Source: Tubulanus polymorphus (lineage: Eukaryota; Animalia; Nemertea). From it: 64,000 nucleotides of DNA. Shown piece after piece: positions 23,213-38,257 of the stretch. The notes under the pieces were generated by a model. That model ran no database searches and was not told the DNA's origin. It saw nothing but the letters and a program-made list of their open reading frames with translations. The DNA is taken from assembly GCF_964204645.1 (NCBI RefSeq), contig NC_134033.1:9494655-9558654 (forward strand), read 5' to 3'. The stretch's first letter is position 1. The number at the start of each line of letters is the position of its first letter. The position numbers and the translations under genes are program-made.

Positions 23213-24971
23213 TAACGATGTAGTGCTAGATATAATTCATGAGCTACATTTTGAAAATTGTTAGATTGATTGGTGGAAACAATTGATCAAAGCGTATTCA
23301 ACATTTCCCATTCAAAACCTCTGCAAAAGTGCCGATTTTGCCGCACTTGACTAAAGTCGGCCATCTTGATTCCGATCATGCTGTAGAAAAGGTTAAGGGT
23401 ACAAACATACATAACTAACTACTAAGACCATACATACAAGCATATCGAAAACTTTTAGAAGACTAACAAAATATCATTTGATTTGAAATAGCGATCATAG
23501 AACAGATTAATAGGATTGTTAAACATGTTCAATAAATACGTCCAATCATTATCCGACAATCGATGAACGGGCTCTATCAAGATAAACTTGTAATTATATC
23601 CATGAAACGACTTAAGACACTTCATGCAACGAAGTTGAATTATAAGATAAGGTTGTTTAAATGTGGTTTCTTTGTTATGACCAGTACTGAATCTGTCCAC
23701 AGGATGACTGGCACATGCGGAGTGTTTAGGTATACAACTAAGTCCTTTCTGTCAAGTGAGTAGTAACGATGCAACCATGGCCCGCATCTGAGGGCCTGCG
23801 GCTGCCGTTGTTCTGTACGCATCATATGCGAAGGAAGGTTTATGCACATGATTTATACCCTCCTCTAAACAAATGACGCAAATCTGAAAGTTTATCAAAC
23901 TATTTAGCTCAAATTCATCAAAGTAATTTACACTGTTCAATGTGTTTAGTAGCCATTATTATCACTTTCCCTGATTGGAAATAATCAGAGCAATCCTCTT
24001 TTTGACTGACGCAGAGACCAATCTCAAGGCCGTCTGGTAAAATAATGAATTTTGGGATTAGTGATAAGCGAATGGCAAATCCTTGATCTAGTTCGGTGTC
24101 TTTTTTTTCGTTGCGAGATTAATTCAACGAAAACATATTCGAAAAATTCTAGCCCACGCATTCAGAGCATTATAATGATCATTGCATTGATTAGAGTATC
24201 TATTACTGATCAGTAGTCGAATCTGAGGATACATATTTTGTCAAAAATATAGTGGATAAATCAGATGCGGATCCAGGGGGTGCTTTGGGTGTTGCAGCAT
24301 CCCCCCTAAAGCCAACCGCACATGTTTGCTATATATTTTATGGTCTAATGCGATCATACGCCGATACAATGGTCATAAGTCATCAATACTTTTCCAATGC
24401 CATCATTTTTCCTGCATCTAAAGCCCGCCGTACACCTTTGCGATTTATTGTATGATCCCTATTTGATCAGATATAAAATGTAGGTTCATTGTATTATCGA
24501 TCATATGCAATTTTTCCATGCGAAAATAATCGTAAATGTGTGCGAGCTTATATTACGTTGTGGATATCTTTATTGAAAGCCATTCAGAATTCTCGATGAA
24601 GCAGTCATTTGGACTAATAGAGGAACCAATAGATGGTACGTGTTTTGTTATTTGAGGTGCAATCAACAGTACAGGAAGGCATAAAGGTCAGATGATATCT
24701 GTAACAATCGTCGCTTAGTAAATTCTGTAGCGCCCATTTTTATTTTCTCACGCTGTTGCCTGACATTCGGGTATCAAATTTCAAATTCAATTCTGTCTGT
24801 CTGGCACGCGCTTTGAGACGACCTCGGGATTCATGCATTTCACTTTAATTGATAATTAGTATTATGTATTAGTAATACACTTATCTATGATGAACTTGAG
24901 CAAGTAAAATAATCCAGTAGAGGCCATCAGTAAGTACTTTTGTGTCCTATTAAACCAGTCGGTCAAAAGAA

Positions 24972-25205
24972 CTAGGGGTCCAGGGAAATCATGCCCACTT
25001 GGGAAGTGGTTTCAAATGCTCAACAATCTAACAATTTCAATATTCAACAACCCTAGGTGAACTACAAAAACCAATGACCTTGAAACTCACCACAATCATT
25101 GAACATGTCAGTTGCTACCATTTGTTAATTGATTGTGATAACAATATACCAATATAATAAGGAAATTCAAAGTTATTCTACTATTCAACACCCCTTGGTT
25201 ACCAT
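24972..25205 (-). mobile_element. HINE family 1 fragment (3' end)
   Basis: ctaggggtccagggaaatcatgcccacttggga end plus about 1.5 internal repeat units. Confidence 0.75.
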
Positions 25206-25364
25206 ATGGAATAAGTTATGTCCTTTCTCACACAGTAACTTTTCGATGTCAGAATTTTCAAAAGTAAAACACCCCCTGGTGAGTGAACGGGGTCCCCAAT
25301 CAAAGATCCATTCAACTTACCCTAAAGGTACCTGTGTTCCATACATCTCACAAAAGTTTAAAGT

Positions 25365-26226
25365 AGTGCCTTGTGGATTTGACAATGATCGGTATGTACG
25401 GTAGGAAACATAGAGTATTATTAAATGGTTGAAGCCCGCGGCCGAATGAAATAATATATTCTTCTAATTATGATACCTCGTCGACACAACAGCTTTTCTC
25501 CGCTACATCTCTTCGGCATGTTTAGTTTAGGCCTACGACTCACCGGTACTCTAATGATTCATCCTAGTACATTGTAAATACACGGTCAATTTGGTTAAGA
25601 AAATTAGGTATTGTTAAACTAACTGTTTGAAGCCCGCGGCCAAATCACTGGTAGTAATAAATTTATTTGTACTTGATTTGATTGTCATAATGAGGAGAAA
25701 CTCACAGCTGATCCCCGGAACGACGATGAAGAGACACACGTCAATTCGTCAATGTTAACGGCTCGTGAGTGCTTTTAACATCTAGAGCAGTAAATTTCCT
25801 GTGTATCAGTAATATGATTTGATGAGGAAAATGGGTATGTGTTAAAAATTACTGTTTGAAAACCGCGGCTGAATGTGAAGCCTTGCGGCAATAAATTAGC
25901 TTATTTACGCTTGAATAATCGAAGTGACGAGCAACCTCCTGTGGATTTCGGGATGACGACTCAGAAAAACATGTCGCCTCAATGAATGGGACCCAATTTT
26001 CGATGTTTACGGCCTGACAGTGCTTTTGTTACATTGATTTAACAAAATAAGCACAGAGTATTTGTAGATCGAAGTGAGCTGAAGGATATCATATGGATTG
26101 TATCGGCAACAGTGGCAAGGTAACAAAGCCTATGTTCTTTTAGTGAAAATAGTGTGACATTAAATAATAATAATAAGAAACACGCGAATCTCAATAGGGT
26201 TTTCTGTGAAGTAACAGAAACCCTAA
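25365..26226 (-). mobile_element. HINE-like family 2 element (inverted homolog of 56224-57085)
   Basis: Terminal hairpin agggttttctg..cagaaaccct next to (TAA)n; internal repeats with gaagcccgcggcc. Confidence 0.65.
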
Positions 26227-26894
26227 AAATCAGTACAATTACAATAGGGTTTCTGCGAAGGCAGCAGAAACCCTAAATACAAGATTCCCACAGATTGGCC
26301 AATATCATTTTCCATACCTTTTCCATATTTTTCCCATACATAGATTATAAATTTTCCATACCACTAAGTTTTACATTGCCAACCTGGGATTTTTCCTCGT
26401 TACACCTAGAAACAGACCGCCCATAAGTTGTTATTCCACCGCGAATTGGCGGCACTCGTTGGATAAATCATGTGAGAAGGGTGATAGAATGCTTCCTCCT
26501 TGGTTTTAATGCCATTCAACAGCATTTGATCAAGGTGAGTACCGTACTATTCTTTCAATGTAATGTCTTCTAGGAATCAATTTTTTCATGTACGCTAAAT
26601 ACTACGAAGCCATCCATTGATTGCTCACTAACTGGCTGTCAAATCATTTGAGGTATTAACCCTTTCGCTACGTGTGACGTTTTGGAAACGTCATATGAGT
26701 GACACGTGCTGTGCGTATGACGTTGTAGAAACGTCATGCACCTATTGATTTATAACTCGAACGCGTACACAGCAAACAGTATGGAAACGCATGTAAGACA
26801 AGATAGTTAGCTTTCTAAACAACAGATGGCGAAAATGCGTCAGTAGTTGGTGCTGTCAGCCTGTTGAGCACATGGTAATTTGCGCGGGATTGAG

Positions 26895-29654
26895 ATGGCT
26901 GCTCGAAAGAAAGTTTTCAGTGCTAATCAAGTTTTAGGCAAGATTTACGCCGACGACGACAGTGAAGATGACGATTTAGATGACGGGGTGATTTCGGACT
27001 GGGCGGAGACGACTCTTGGGACGAAGATGACTATGCCCTTGACCTCGATGCCGATTTCAACTTTGATGAATTCGAGGAGTTGGATCAGCCTCAACCAGGT
27101 ATATGCCTTTAGGCAATCACAAAACTCTATTACATAAAGCTATAATGACGATGATAAGATGACCCGGTTGTTTTATCTATTTATTTTTATTTCAGAAGTG
27201 TGCAGCACTGATGATAACGTATTGGATTTAGAAGAGGAAGGAGACCAGGATATTATACAAAGACAAGAGTGCACTTTCGGTGAGTCATACATATAATTGC
27301 TCAAAAGTGGTACAGCAACTTTAGAGATGAATGAATATATAGATATATAAATGAATACATAAATACACGAATAACAGTTTTATTGTCTTTAAGGCGATGC
27401 CCAACAATCGACATCGGCCCCTCCAGTCTTCAATCTTTTTTCGCCCGACCAACGCAGAGTTCCCGCTGTGCCAGATTCTCCAGAAACTCCAACACCACGT
27501 CCAGTTCAAAAAAGTACTTTTCTTCTTACTCCATGTGGTGCAATTGTTCTGCAAAAAAATAATCATTTTGAAAACAAATAAAAATATTGTGTGTTGAACA
27601 GTTTATTTTTCTCTTCAGAAAAACGTAAAGTCACAACACCACCAGCACCAAGGCCAGAACCTCTGGTGAAGATACGCTGCACAGATACAACACCTGTGAC
27701 CACCGTTTCAGCACTGAGGCAACATCCTCCACCAGTTGCATCACAACCTGTTCCAAGACAGCCCACACATGCTCCACCTGTGGTACAACCAGTTGCCCAA
27801 CAGCCAGCGCCAAGAAAACAAGCTCCCCCTCTGGTACAACCTGTTGCCCAACAGCCAGCGCCAAGACAACAAGCTCCCCCTGTGGTACAACCAGTTGCCC
27901 AACAGCGAGCGCCAAGACAACAAGCTCCCCCTGTGGTACAACCAGTTGCCCAACAGCGAGCGCCAAGACAACAAGCTCCCCCTGTGGTACAACCAGTTGC
28001 CCAACAGCCAGCTCCAAGACAACATGCTCCTGCCGGCCGTCGGATGCGAGCTGATGATGCTCCCTGGTTTTGGGAACGAACTGAAAACTTTCGTCCAAAA
28101 GCCATCCCATTCACTGGGGAAGAAAAACTTCTCGTTGATATGCCACAGGGAGCTAAACCGATTGATTATTTTTCCCTATACCTTACTGAAGAAATAATAG
28201 CACACGTGGTCACCGAAACAAACAGATATGCCCAACAATTCCTGACAGCTAACGAAGACACCCTGAAGCGGCGATCCAGAGCCAGGTTATGGGAGCCAGT
28301 CGAGCAGGCTGAGATGAAGACATTCCTGGCTCTTCTCGTATTACAAGGAATTGTATATAAACCGAGAATCAACATGTACTGGACACAAGAAAAGCTTGTG
28401 GCTACTCCAATTTTTGGTGAATGTATGAGTCGTGATCGGTTTCTGAACATTTTAAAATTCTTACATTTCGCAGATAATGAAGCAGACGGCTATGACCCGA
28501 GAGATCGTGATAGAGACCGACTTTATAAGGTTCGCCCATTGGTTGAAATGTTTCAAACACGATTCCGAGAGGTATATAGCCCGGGTGAAAACCTTAGTAT
28601 CGACGAGTCGCTGTTGCTGTGGAAGGGTCGCTTGAGTTTCAAACAGTTCATTGCCACAAAACGTACACGTTTTGGCATAAAATTTTTTGAATTATGCACA
28701 ACAAAGGGAGTCACCCTTGACCTACTAGTTTACGTAGGGGCAAACACACTCCCTGTACAGCCTCCAGAGATTGCGGCTCTGAACGTTTCCGAGCAAATAG
28801 TCATGCATCTGATGAGAAATTACCTCCAAAAAGGTTACACTCTGTTCATTGATAATTACTACTCATCGCCATCTTTAGCGGCATTCCTGCTGAAGAAAGG
28901 AACGTACGTTGATGGCACGGTTAGAGCGAATCGTCGCAACTTTCCAAAGGAATTGGCAGACCTCCAAATTCAGAAAAATTCATCAGTATTTTTCAAGGCT
29001 CCGGATGAGAACGTTTTGGCCGTAAAATTTCGGGCACATGTTGATAAAGCTAGTGGGAATCCAAAGGTAGTCCATCTCCTCACAACTAGGTTTCCAGCGA
29101 GAGTGGACGATACAAGGAAGAAAACGACGAACGATGTTGCAATTTGCAAACCCACTTGTGTATTGGCCTACAACAAGCATATGGGTGGAGTCGATATGGT
29201 GGACCAGCAACTTCACTACTACCAAGTCATCCGCCGAACGATGAAATGGTATAAAAAAGTAGCAGTCAGGCTGGTGATGCAGGCCCCCCTAAACTCCCAT
29301 CGGATGTTCGAACTACAGGGTAACAAGAAGGATTTCCTTGGGTTTATACATGATGTGCTCGACGTGATGGTTATCACAAGACCAATGATTGCTCGTAATG
29401 TTACCCGTGATGAAGCACTGACCCGTCTCACTGGCCGTCACTTTCCAATGAAGCTTCGACCACTTGGAAGGAAGACCCAACAAAAACGATGCCGCGTATG
29501 CTATGCACGAAATGATCTTGGGCGAACTGGGCGGCCAAAGGACACTATCTGGGTTTGTAAGACTTGCCCTTCTAGACCGGGTCTACACATCGATCAGGAT
29601 TGCTTCGAAGTGTACCACACAAGATTGGACTATTCAACATTTGATGCTGAATGA
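26895..29654 (+). CDS. piggyBac transposase (PGBD4-like), predicted exons 26895-27098, 27196-27279, 27394-27513, 27619-29654; 1-nt frameshift in exon 1
   Basis: SIDES, FIDNYY, GGVDMVD catalytic motifs; C-terminal CRVC..CKTC..H..C..H; GT-AG introns in phase 1; acidic N-terminus. Confidence 0.88.
27725..28030 (+). repeat. 51-bp coding minisatellite (PPVVQPVAQQPAPRQQA, about 6 units)
   Basis: Visible tandem units in DNA and protein. Confidence 0.93.
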
Positions 29655-30370
29655 ATAATTTCTAACTGTCGACTTCGCTAGAAATGATTTGCATGTAGAA
29701 AACACAATATTTGTTTGACTTACCATTATGTTTTGCGGACTGCATGCAAGATGTTTTGTTTTTTTTGTCATTGTAATTACTGTTGCGTTGCTTTTACTGA
29801 AAAATAAAAGATAATTAGTTTGCAAAATCTCAATTTGATTTTTAGCCTCCCCACTTACGTACCTCTACCAGCGGAAAAGGATATCCCATATCAATTGAAT
29901 TTCTTTCATCCACACCGTAGCATCAATCACCAAAGAATGAGATAGGCACTTGGGTGAAAAACTGAAAAAAAAAAATTTCTAACCCATCCTGACCCCCCCC
30001 CCCAACACGCCCCCCCCCTACAGAAAAGGCTGTTGGTATGATTTTTTACTGATTTTCACTAAATAACATCATAATCTTCGATAAAAACGCGAAAAATCGG
30101 GGTTAAAAACAATTTGAAAAAAATCGAATTTTTCGGAAAATACCTATCGTACGGGGCGGTGCAAGCGTGTACGCAGCGAAAGGGTTAATCACGTGAAATA
30201 AAACCTTTGGCTCATTGGCTAAGCCTGGGGGATCCGAATGACGATATCAGTGAGGAAATTCCTTCACTTCACTGATTGGCTTAGCAATTTGTTTGTAAAG
30301 AAGTTTTGACAGATAACACGTGCATTACGTTATCTATACACTTTAAGGTTACGATCTTATTTATTTACAG

Positions 30371-31025
30371 GCTCAGGACACGAACTCAGATTTTTATAAA
30401 TCTAACAGAGCTGCAAAAGCAAAAGCCTCTCTGAAAGTATAAATGTATGGATGTTGCTTCATTTTTTGCTGGATATACTTAAAGTGTTGGCTGTAGTGAG
30501 TTTGAGATTCTAAAAGGAAACAGCAACAATATCTGAAATCACAACCAAGATAGACTCAGCAAAAGAAAATATCACAGTGTATAAAACAAGGTAGGCCAAC
30601 TAACTACTAGCTGGATTTAAAAATAAATGTGAATTAAAATAAAATGGTGTATATTTTATTTATAATTTTTTAAGATATAAATTTACAAAAGATTAACAAT
30701 ATTGAGTGATTACAGAACATAGGCCCATTCATTGTGGTGTAAGTTCTTTTTTTACTGATAAATCTATAAAACACACACAATCTATTTTTGAATTTAAATT
30801 TACATCGTAAATGTTTGATTTAATTTTTTTTCTTTCAGTGACGGTCCACATCTTCGGAGAGGCATCATGAATTTACCGAATAATCTTAAAGGGGATCTGA
30901 GATCTTTTGAATCTCCCAGAGTTAAAATTGTAGATGAACTGATTTCAGCTTTGACGAAACGATACGTTGATTCCTCTGATATCATCAAAGCCAGCGGTGT
31001 TTTCAACTTGCAACTCTTTCCCCGT
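30371..31025 (+). pseudogene. hAT (ZNF862-like) transposase relic, two exons
   Basis: LLHFLLDILKVLAVVSLRF*KE (about 30446-30590), GT donor at 30591, then DGPHL...LISALTKRYVD..IIKASGVFN..FP. Confidence 0.5.
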
Positions 31026-34000
31026 TCTTTCATCACGACTTCATTGTCTTGCCAAGTTGTCAATATCCAATTATACTAGGTGATGACTTTTACTTGACCG
31101 CAGTGTAAAGGTAAAATATTGGCACAATACACCCACACTAACGCTTAGCAATGATACAATTATAGTATACAAATATAGCTGCCAAGCAGCGATGACGGGT
31201 TTTCTGCAAAGCCATTCAGAATGATGGGAATTGTAGTAAATTGAAATACCGATACATAGAATAAAATGCAATGACATATTCGAACCTAATATGCTGTGTA
31301 AACGTCAAATATGATTCAGCTTTGAAACCGAACATACGCGGACGTACAATCACAAATATTAATTTATTTGACCAGGCATTTATTTTGGCATTCAAAAATC
31401 GTGATACTGTATTATCACCATGCTTGAAAATGGATCTGTCCTATTAAGAACTCATCTTAAGCACCTGCTGAGTCGATAGATTGAGTCAATTTACAGATAA
31501 GAACGTACTATGATTTAGAATAGATTTAAGAAGTTAATGTTTTTATTGAAATATTTGAATAAATACATATATTGTAGTGTAGATTCAATCAATAAATTAT
31601 GAATTGATCTGGTCTGGGTTTCCGGCTGATGTTGATTTTGGCTTTTATGGATTACAAATTCTATAGTGATAAACAATTGATACCTGCAACATGTGTGTAA
31701 ACCAAACCTATTCCACTAGTTGCGTGTGTTTCCTAATAAACGGGAGAGTCACTCTTGATCCGAGTTATTAGAACCAGAAAGAAACTTTCCATGATGGGTT
31801 TCTGTGTAATTGTTTCTGTTTCATTCACCGAACTCGCTGTCAAAAAGGCGATTCTCGATATAAATAGTAATGGGTTTTCCCCGCGGGATACCCGCTTTGG
31901 GAAAGGCACCTGAATCGATGCTACGAGTTGGAATCCCAATATTTAGACGTAATTTATTATTCTTTGAAAAAAATTCTTAGAATTTCTTATTATGATAGGA
32001 TGTGCAGGTTTTGATTTGGTAATGATGTTAATAAAAGTTAACCTCTTAAGGTATTGTTTTCTATCTATTATTTGTGACGGATTAGTTTCGATGCTCCTCA
32101 CAACCCGCCCCACCACGTGTCACTTATTCATGGACGCGCGGATTGTATCATTTGTAATAGGTCTACCACATGAAAGAGTCCATGGCCTACCGTAGAATAG
32201 TAGGGCCTACCGATCACGCTATGTGCGATGAAAGAAGTGTTTGAATAAAACAAATTTTTAATGAAATAAACATTATTTATCATAATTAATCAATAGATCA
32301 GGTGCCGCCTAAATAATTGTTTGTTTCGTGAAATTTGTACAAAACTTTGCGACTTCGTCATGTCTTGTGACCCTGAAAATACTAGAAGAATCATCGGTAA
32401 GCTTATAAAACGGCGAGGTCAACATAGTAACAACAACTTCGGGGATTGAAAAAAAAAACTCAAAAGAATTATTTTTTATACTGATGAGTTATACTGATGG
32501 GGAGTAGCGACCGTCATTGACACCGGTTATTTATCCATTCACTATCAAATGTGACGAGCCCAATAAATGATTGCGCATAGATTCGGCCTCTCAGCATTTA
32601 GCACAGCAGTTCCGAGAAGTGTTAAGACCGATCAGCGCGCGCGCTATCTGAAACCGGTGCTAGTACGATCAATATCTACAGGTATATACGTGTTCAGTAT
32701 TACACAGCGAGTACCAGTATGTTGATCGAGCGTCGTCGTAGCAACGCGCTATACAGCGGCTTGAACTAGCGAGTAACGTTAATTATCTTTTAACCAAATT
32801 AGAGCACTTATAACCATCGGAATCAAATATAAACCAAGCTGCACCATCTACATCAAGTAGAGAATACCTGTGTGAAATTACAGAATTGTCGGTCCACACA
32901 AACAGCTTAAATCATGTCATAAAGAAACATCCACAGACGGACAGACAGACATGACGACGATGCCATAGATGGGTTCGTCTGACGACGAAACCCATCAAAA
33001 ATAATGTTCATTTAGTTATAGAAATTCATTGACTTTTTGAAAATTCTGTAATAATATTTGTTCTGTCCTAATTTTTATTACTGTATGAACCAATGATATG
33101 CTTTGTAAATATGATGTAATAAAATAAATTTGAATTTGAATTAAATTTGAACATGAGAATCAAGCATAACTTGTGTTTTTTCAACTTGTCTTTTGTTAAC
33201 AGTTCCAGAGTTTCAATTACAATCAAATCCAAATTGGCTAAAAAGTACATAGGACTAAATGAAATGAACCGTTAGATACTGCAAAGCTATTCCAGGGTTA
33301 TGTCGATCGTGTTGAATCACTTTCCTTGAGTTGAAAGAATCAGATCTTCTATGGTGCAACATCGGCCGAAGAGAGATATCTTGGTGTTGACTGTCCTTGA
33401 CCATCTAACTTCATGCGTTTGACATTGGAATCAGCATCATACCCATTTGAACTGCAAAATATTCATACAACATGAAAACCTACAGTACATGTATACAGTA
33501 ATCAAACTTTCACCGATGTTGGATATTTGAATGAACGTTGGGCTAATTTCAGTATTCTAAAGCAGGAAATAATAAGCCCAATAAATAGGCCCTATTCCCA
33601 TTGGAACAATTGTATAATGCGTACAGCAGCACTTATCAGTCAAGTATGGAGAAATCGGTATACCAAACCTACAAACAGCAAAATGTACAGGCCTACGATG
33701 ATTTCTGGTATACAAGCCGTGACCACATGAACGTTTTGGTTTGACTATTAATGTCAGCAGGTCAGAGAAGGCCTGGCCAAATTTAATCACATGGCTCAAA
33801 TCAATTAGCCTTTCTGCGTGTGAATACTTGACTGTATTGTTTTAAAAATAGGCCTATCGAGTGAATTAGTACAAAGACTGAATTAGACTTTGACTAGTCC
33901 TGACCAAATCCTATCCATGTTATAATTGCACCAGTTATAGTAACATCACTGTAGGGCCGACGAGAGGGAAAAAGTTGTGTTTGTAGTACATAGGCATGGT

Positions 34001-34954
34001 AGGCTTGTCGTACTCACTTAACACTTAAAATGCTGTTGTTACCTGTACGTGACTGTACGGTAATTTCTACAGGTTAGCCGTATGTGAGTACGTTGACGCT
34101 CAGACTTGCAATATTGGGATTCGAAACCAAACGAAAAAAAATCCAGTTGTAGTCCAGTGATTTACCCACGGTGCCACAGAACGTAACTGCAGGGTGGATG
34201 GAATTTGATTTACAAATAGCCTAGCCTCACCTAACCCAAACTCTATTCTTTCACGCATGCGCGTTTGCAGATTATAGGAACTCACGCACGGCGTTAGTAG
34301 GGAACTCACGTACAGTTAACCTGTGGATATCACCGTACAGTCACGTACGCGTAACAACTTCGTTCTTAAAAAATGGTATTGGCTACTATATAATAGGCCT
34401 ATAGACAAATAAATACCGGTAGGCTTTCTTCTTAGCTTCCACACTTCACAACCGAACCAACTGACCAACCAGTATATTTATTCCCAGTACGCACCAACCG
34501 GCACAGGCCTAACACTGTTTGTAAACTGTGTGTACCGTAGTAGGCTCTTGATAATCACCTGATACTTTTCTGTCGTTTGTTTTCTCTCTGAGACGAACGT
34601 AATTCTGCGCCGTAATTCTAATAGCCCTCCGCGACTCAACGACCTTGATTTAAACTTGATCAATTCAAAATCTGTTTATTGACGCTTTTGGTTACATGAA
34701 CTGATCAGCAATATACTTAAATGAAATTACCGGAATAACAAGAAATCAAAAATATTAAAGAGGTAACAAACAAATGCCCGTAAACCTGTCAGACACGCGA
34801 ACGCTGGACTCGTAAACTATTGGACTCGGACCAGCTGAGCAATAAATTCATAAAATTGACTTTGAAATTGATTGTGGAGAAGAGAGGGAATAATTCGATA
34901 GCTCTTCCTCATAAAGAAGAGAGAAATTTCGGAAAGAAAACACAACAATCGTGT

Positions 34955-35335
34955 GCAATCGTATGAATCGCATTTTAGGCTAGTTATATTCAATTCATAT
35001 AATCGAAGAATCGAAAATTCTTTAGAAATGCATGCTATCCTCTTGCGATCATATGCGATCGTAGCTACCATATGAATTGCATTTTACGTTAATGATTTTA
35101 TATTCATATAATTGTCAAATCGTAGAATCGCATGCTATCCTTTTTCGATAGTATGCGATCGTATGAATCGCACTTACATTATAGTGATATTCAATTCATA
35201 GAATCAGGAATGTACAATCGCAAATTCGTCGTATGAATCGCATTTTAAGTTAGTGATATTCAATTCATATAATCGTAGAATCGTGGAATAGCGTTCTGAA
35301 ATCATAGAATTGCAAATTAATAGAATCTCACATTT
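34955..35335. repeat. Degenerate tandem repeat (atcgtatgaatcgca...tattcaattcatataatcg)
   Basis: Four to five imperfect units. Confidence 0.7.
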
Positions 35336-35344
35336 CTTCCTTAA

Positions 35345-38257
35345 CCCGTGCGTACCGTTACCGGAGGTAACAGTCGTTGAACTCTTTGTACTAGCGCGGA
35401 GTTACCTCAGGTAACATTAGTTTTGCTATTGCCCTATAGATGGAATATGCGTCGAGCTTTGAACTTTAAGTTACTTCTGTTATCGCAAGGTGGCCTTGGC
35501 AACACACTGAAGCCGTTCCTATATCGATGGATACAGTTACCAGCTGCTTATGACTCATTGCGCGCGTGTATGTCAGCGCGTCTATTCAGGTCGCATACTT
35601 GACACAGATTACTTGCACTGCGCGTTTCTATCCTATTCATACAATGGCAATAAAAACAACATGTAAACAACTAATAAACGCAGAATACTTTTTTATACTG
35701 CTGAGAATAAAACTAAGAATAAGATCGAGAATAAAACTACGTTATTTGCGAATTTCATTCCAAGTTTTGAGCTTTTGTTTTCATATTCAGATCTGAAATG
35801 CCACAGCAACGGGTGGCCAATAGGCCTGGTTTCAGGGCATCATTCAAAATCAACCCAGCAACTTGATCCTTCCCTATTCATCAATCAAAACTCTTATCAG
35901 TTCGTTTGTTGCAAATAGTTTGTGAGCGACAGTGACGGCTCAGCAACAGTGACGGGCTTCGCTGTATAAATAGACAAGCAGAGTCTCTCGATCATTATTC
36001 ACAGACAAGATGTCGAACAGAAGACGAGTATTTTCAGCAGCAGAAGTAAATCGGATCATCGAAGCAGACGACGACGCCATGAGTGCAGATTCGACCAGGA
36101 TTCTGCCGAGGAATCTGACCATGGACATCAGATTTCTCCAGAGATCTCATCGGATTCAGATACATCCGACGGAGAAAATGAACCACCGGTCGATCCAGTT
36201 CGAGATATAGCGCGTGGGCGTGGCCGGGCACGTGGATGCCCTCGCAGTAGAGCTAGGGCTCGAGGCCGAGCAATTGACGATCCCCCTGCAAATTGGGTGG
36301 ATGTTTCTCGACAAAATCCAGGGCCGACCCTGTTACGATTCCGGCCGCCGACCGAAAGTGGACCGGCCAACTTAGATGGAATTTCCGATGACGATATCGG
36401 CGATCCGCTTGCGTATTTCAAACTGTTTTTCACCGACGAAATCGTTAGCGACATCGTGACAGAAATAAATCGCTACGCGGCGGAAAAGATAGGCGCAGGA
36501 AATCTCAAGCCAAATTCGCGTCTGAGGAAATGGCATGACGTAGATGTGCCAGAATTCTGGACATTTCTTGGCGTGTTACTTCAGATGGGCGTCGTGCGTT
36601 TGCCATCAGTGCAGATGTACTGGAGTGTCAAATGGACTCACTCGGTGCGGTTTTTTCGCGACGTTATGCTACGGGATCGTTTCCTAATCCTGTACCATAC
36701 AATGTTGCACGTGTGCCATTCTGACCCGGATCAGAATCTCGAACGGGGCCACAAGATTACTCCCCTAATGCAGAAAATCGCAGAGAGGTACCAGCACCAT
36801 TACGTTCCATATCGCAAGTTGTTGATGCTACGGGATCGTTTCCTAATCCTGTACCATACAATGTTGCACGTGTGCCATTCTGACCCGGATCAGAATCTCG
36901 AACGGGGCCACAAGATTACTCCCCTAATGCAGAAAATCGCAGGTACCAGCACCATTACGTTCCGTATCACAAGTTGTTGATGGACGAATCAATGATCGGC
37001 TTCAAGGGCCGAATTGCGTATAAACAGTACTGCCCGAAGAAACCCACAAAATGGGGTTTGCTGGCACGTACGATAGCCTGTCCTCATACAGGCTATCTGC
37101 TAAATATAATCCTCTACGTCGGTCGCGACGACAATCTGGTAGTGGAGCCGGGGCTCTCGAGAACATCGCAAATAGTTATGGATATCGCTAGACCGTTTTT
37201 TGGCCGTGGCCATCACATATACTGTGATCGGCTCTATAGTAGCATCGAACTGGATGAAAAACTTTATGAAAATAAGTGCCATTACACAGGCACAATCATG
37301 CTAAATAGGCGGGGCCTTCCGGCGCCAATAAAAACTGCGCGGCGTTTGAATCGGGGTGAAATCGTCGCCTATAGAAAAGATAATGTCTTGGCATTGAATT
37401 GGCAGGATAAACGTCTAGTTTCCGTGATTTCTACATTCAGCTAAGGCGATGAAACCGATGCGGTAAATGTGCGCATCCAACAGGAGCATATAGTGAAACC
37501 GCGAGTCATGCTTGATTATAACAAACACATGTCTGGAGTTGATCTACATGATCAATACAATAAATATTACGATAGTTTGCGTAAATCCATCAAGTGGTGG
37601 AAGAAGGTGTTTTTCTGGTTATTAGAATCCAGCGTGACCAACGCCTACATTCTATGGAAGCTGAATAACGACGACCAGCCGCGAGCTCAGCGAAATTCGC
37701 TCCACTTTCGGGAAGCCTTGTCGAACGGCTCGTTCCGGATGCTCCAGCTGTGGATACGCCGACGCGAGGCCGCCCGTCCCTCGGGCCACCCCGCGAAAGG
37801 CTTGACCGGAAATTTCACAGAGTGATGGCCACAGCGCATGCTTCGAAATCGTGTAAAGTGTGTTCGAATTTTGCTGCAGGAATTCGAAAGCAGACGAAAT
37901 TTTACTGTGGCACATGTTCGGATAAGCATGGATTGCACCACAGGGATTGTTTCAATCTGTACCACACCGCGATCGACTATAAGAACCAGGCTTGACTCAA
38001 AAGATATAATTAGAACTATCGAAAATAGAACAACCACTGTACAATCAATGATAAATAAATTCAAGTTGTTTTTTTTTCATTCAAATTACACTGGTTTTTG
38101 TAACTTTTTTCAAATTTTGGGGGTCGGTTTGACCCCCTGGCATTTTCGGGGTCAGAGATACCCTTCAATATTCGCAAATACCTTGAGGATTACTTTGTTT
38201 CAGCAGCAGGAGAGGATTACCAGCGATTGAGGAGACAAGAGAGGAGATATTGACCAA
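35345..38257 (+). mobile_element. Second piggyBac family, decayed; right end unresolved (interrupted by a HINE at 38258)
   Basis: TTAA|CCCGTGCG left end at 35341-35352; transposase relic inside. Confidence 0.8.
36010..37995 (+). pseudogene. piggyBac transposase pseudogene with frameshifts, a stop and a 159-bp tandem duplication
   Basis: MDESMIGFKGR, YCDRLYSS, MSGVDLHDQ, CKVC..CGTC..H..C..H; duplicated unit starts at 36666 and 36825. Confidence 0.92.

Larger units (their letters stand above)
26660..30184 (+). mobile_element. Full-length piggyBac transposon (3525 bp)
   Basis: TTAA at 26656-26659 and 30185-30188; TIR CCCTTTCGCT/AGCGAAAGGG; transposase inside. Confidence 0.97.

Noticed and set aside
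23455-24060. Coding-like minus-strand fragments
   Set aside because: Disrupted and not assignable to any family I can recognise
27563-28197. Alternative-frame and antisense ORFs (Cys/Gly-rich etc.)
   Set aside because: Shadows of the 51-bp coding minisatellite in the piggyBac transposase
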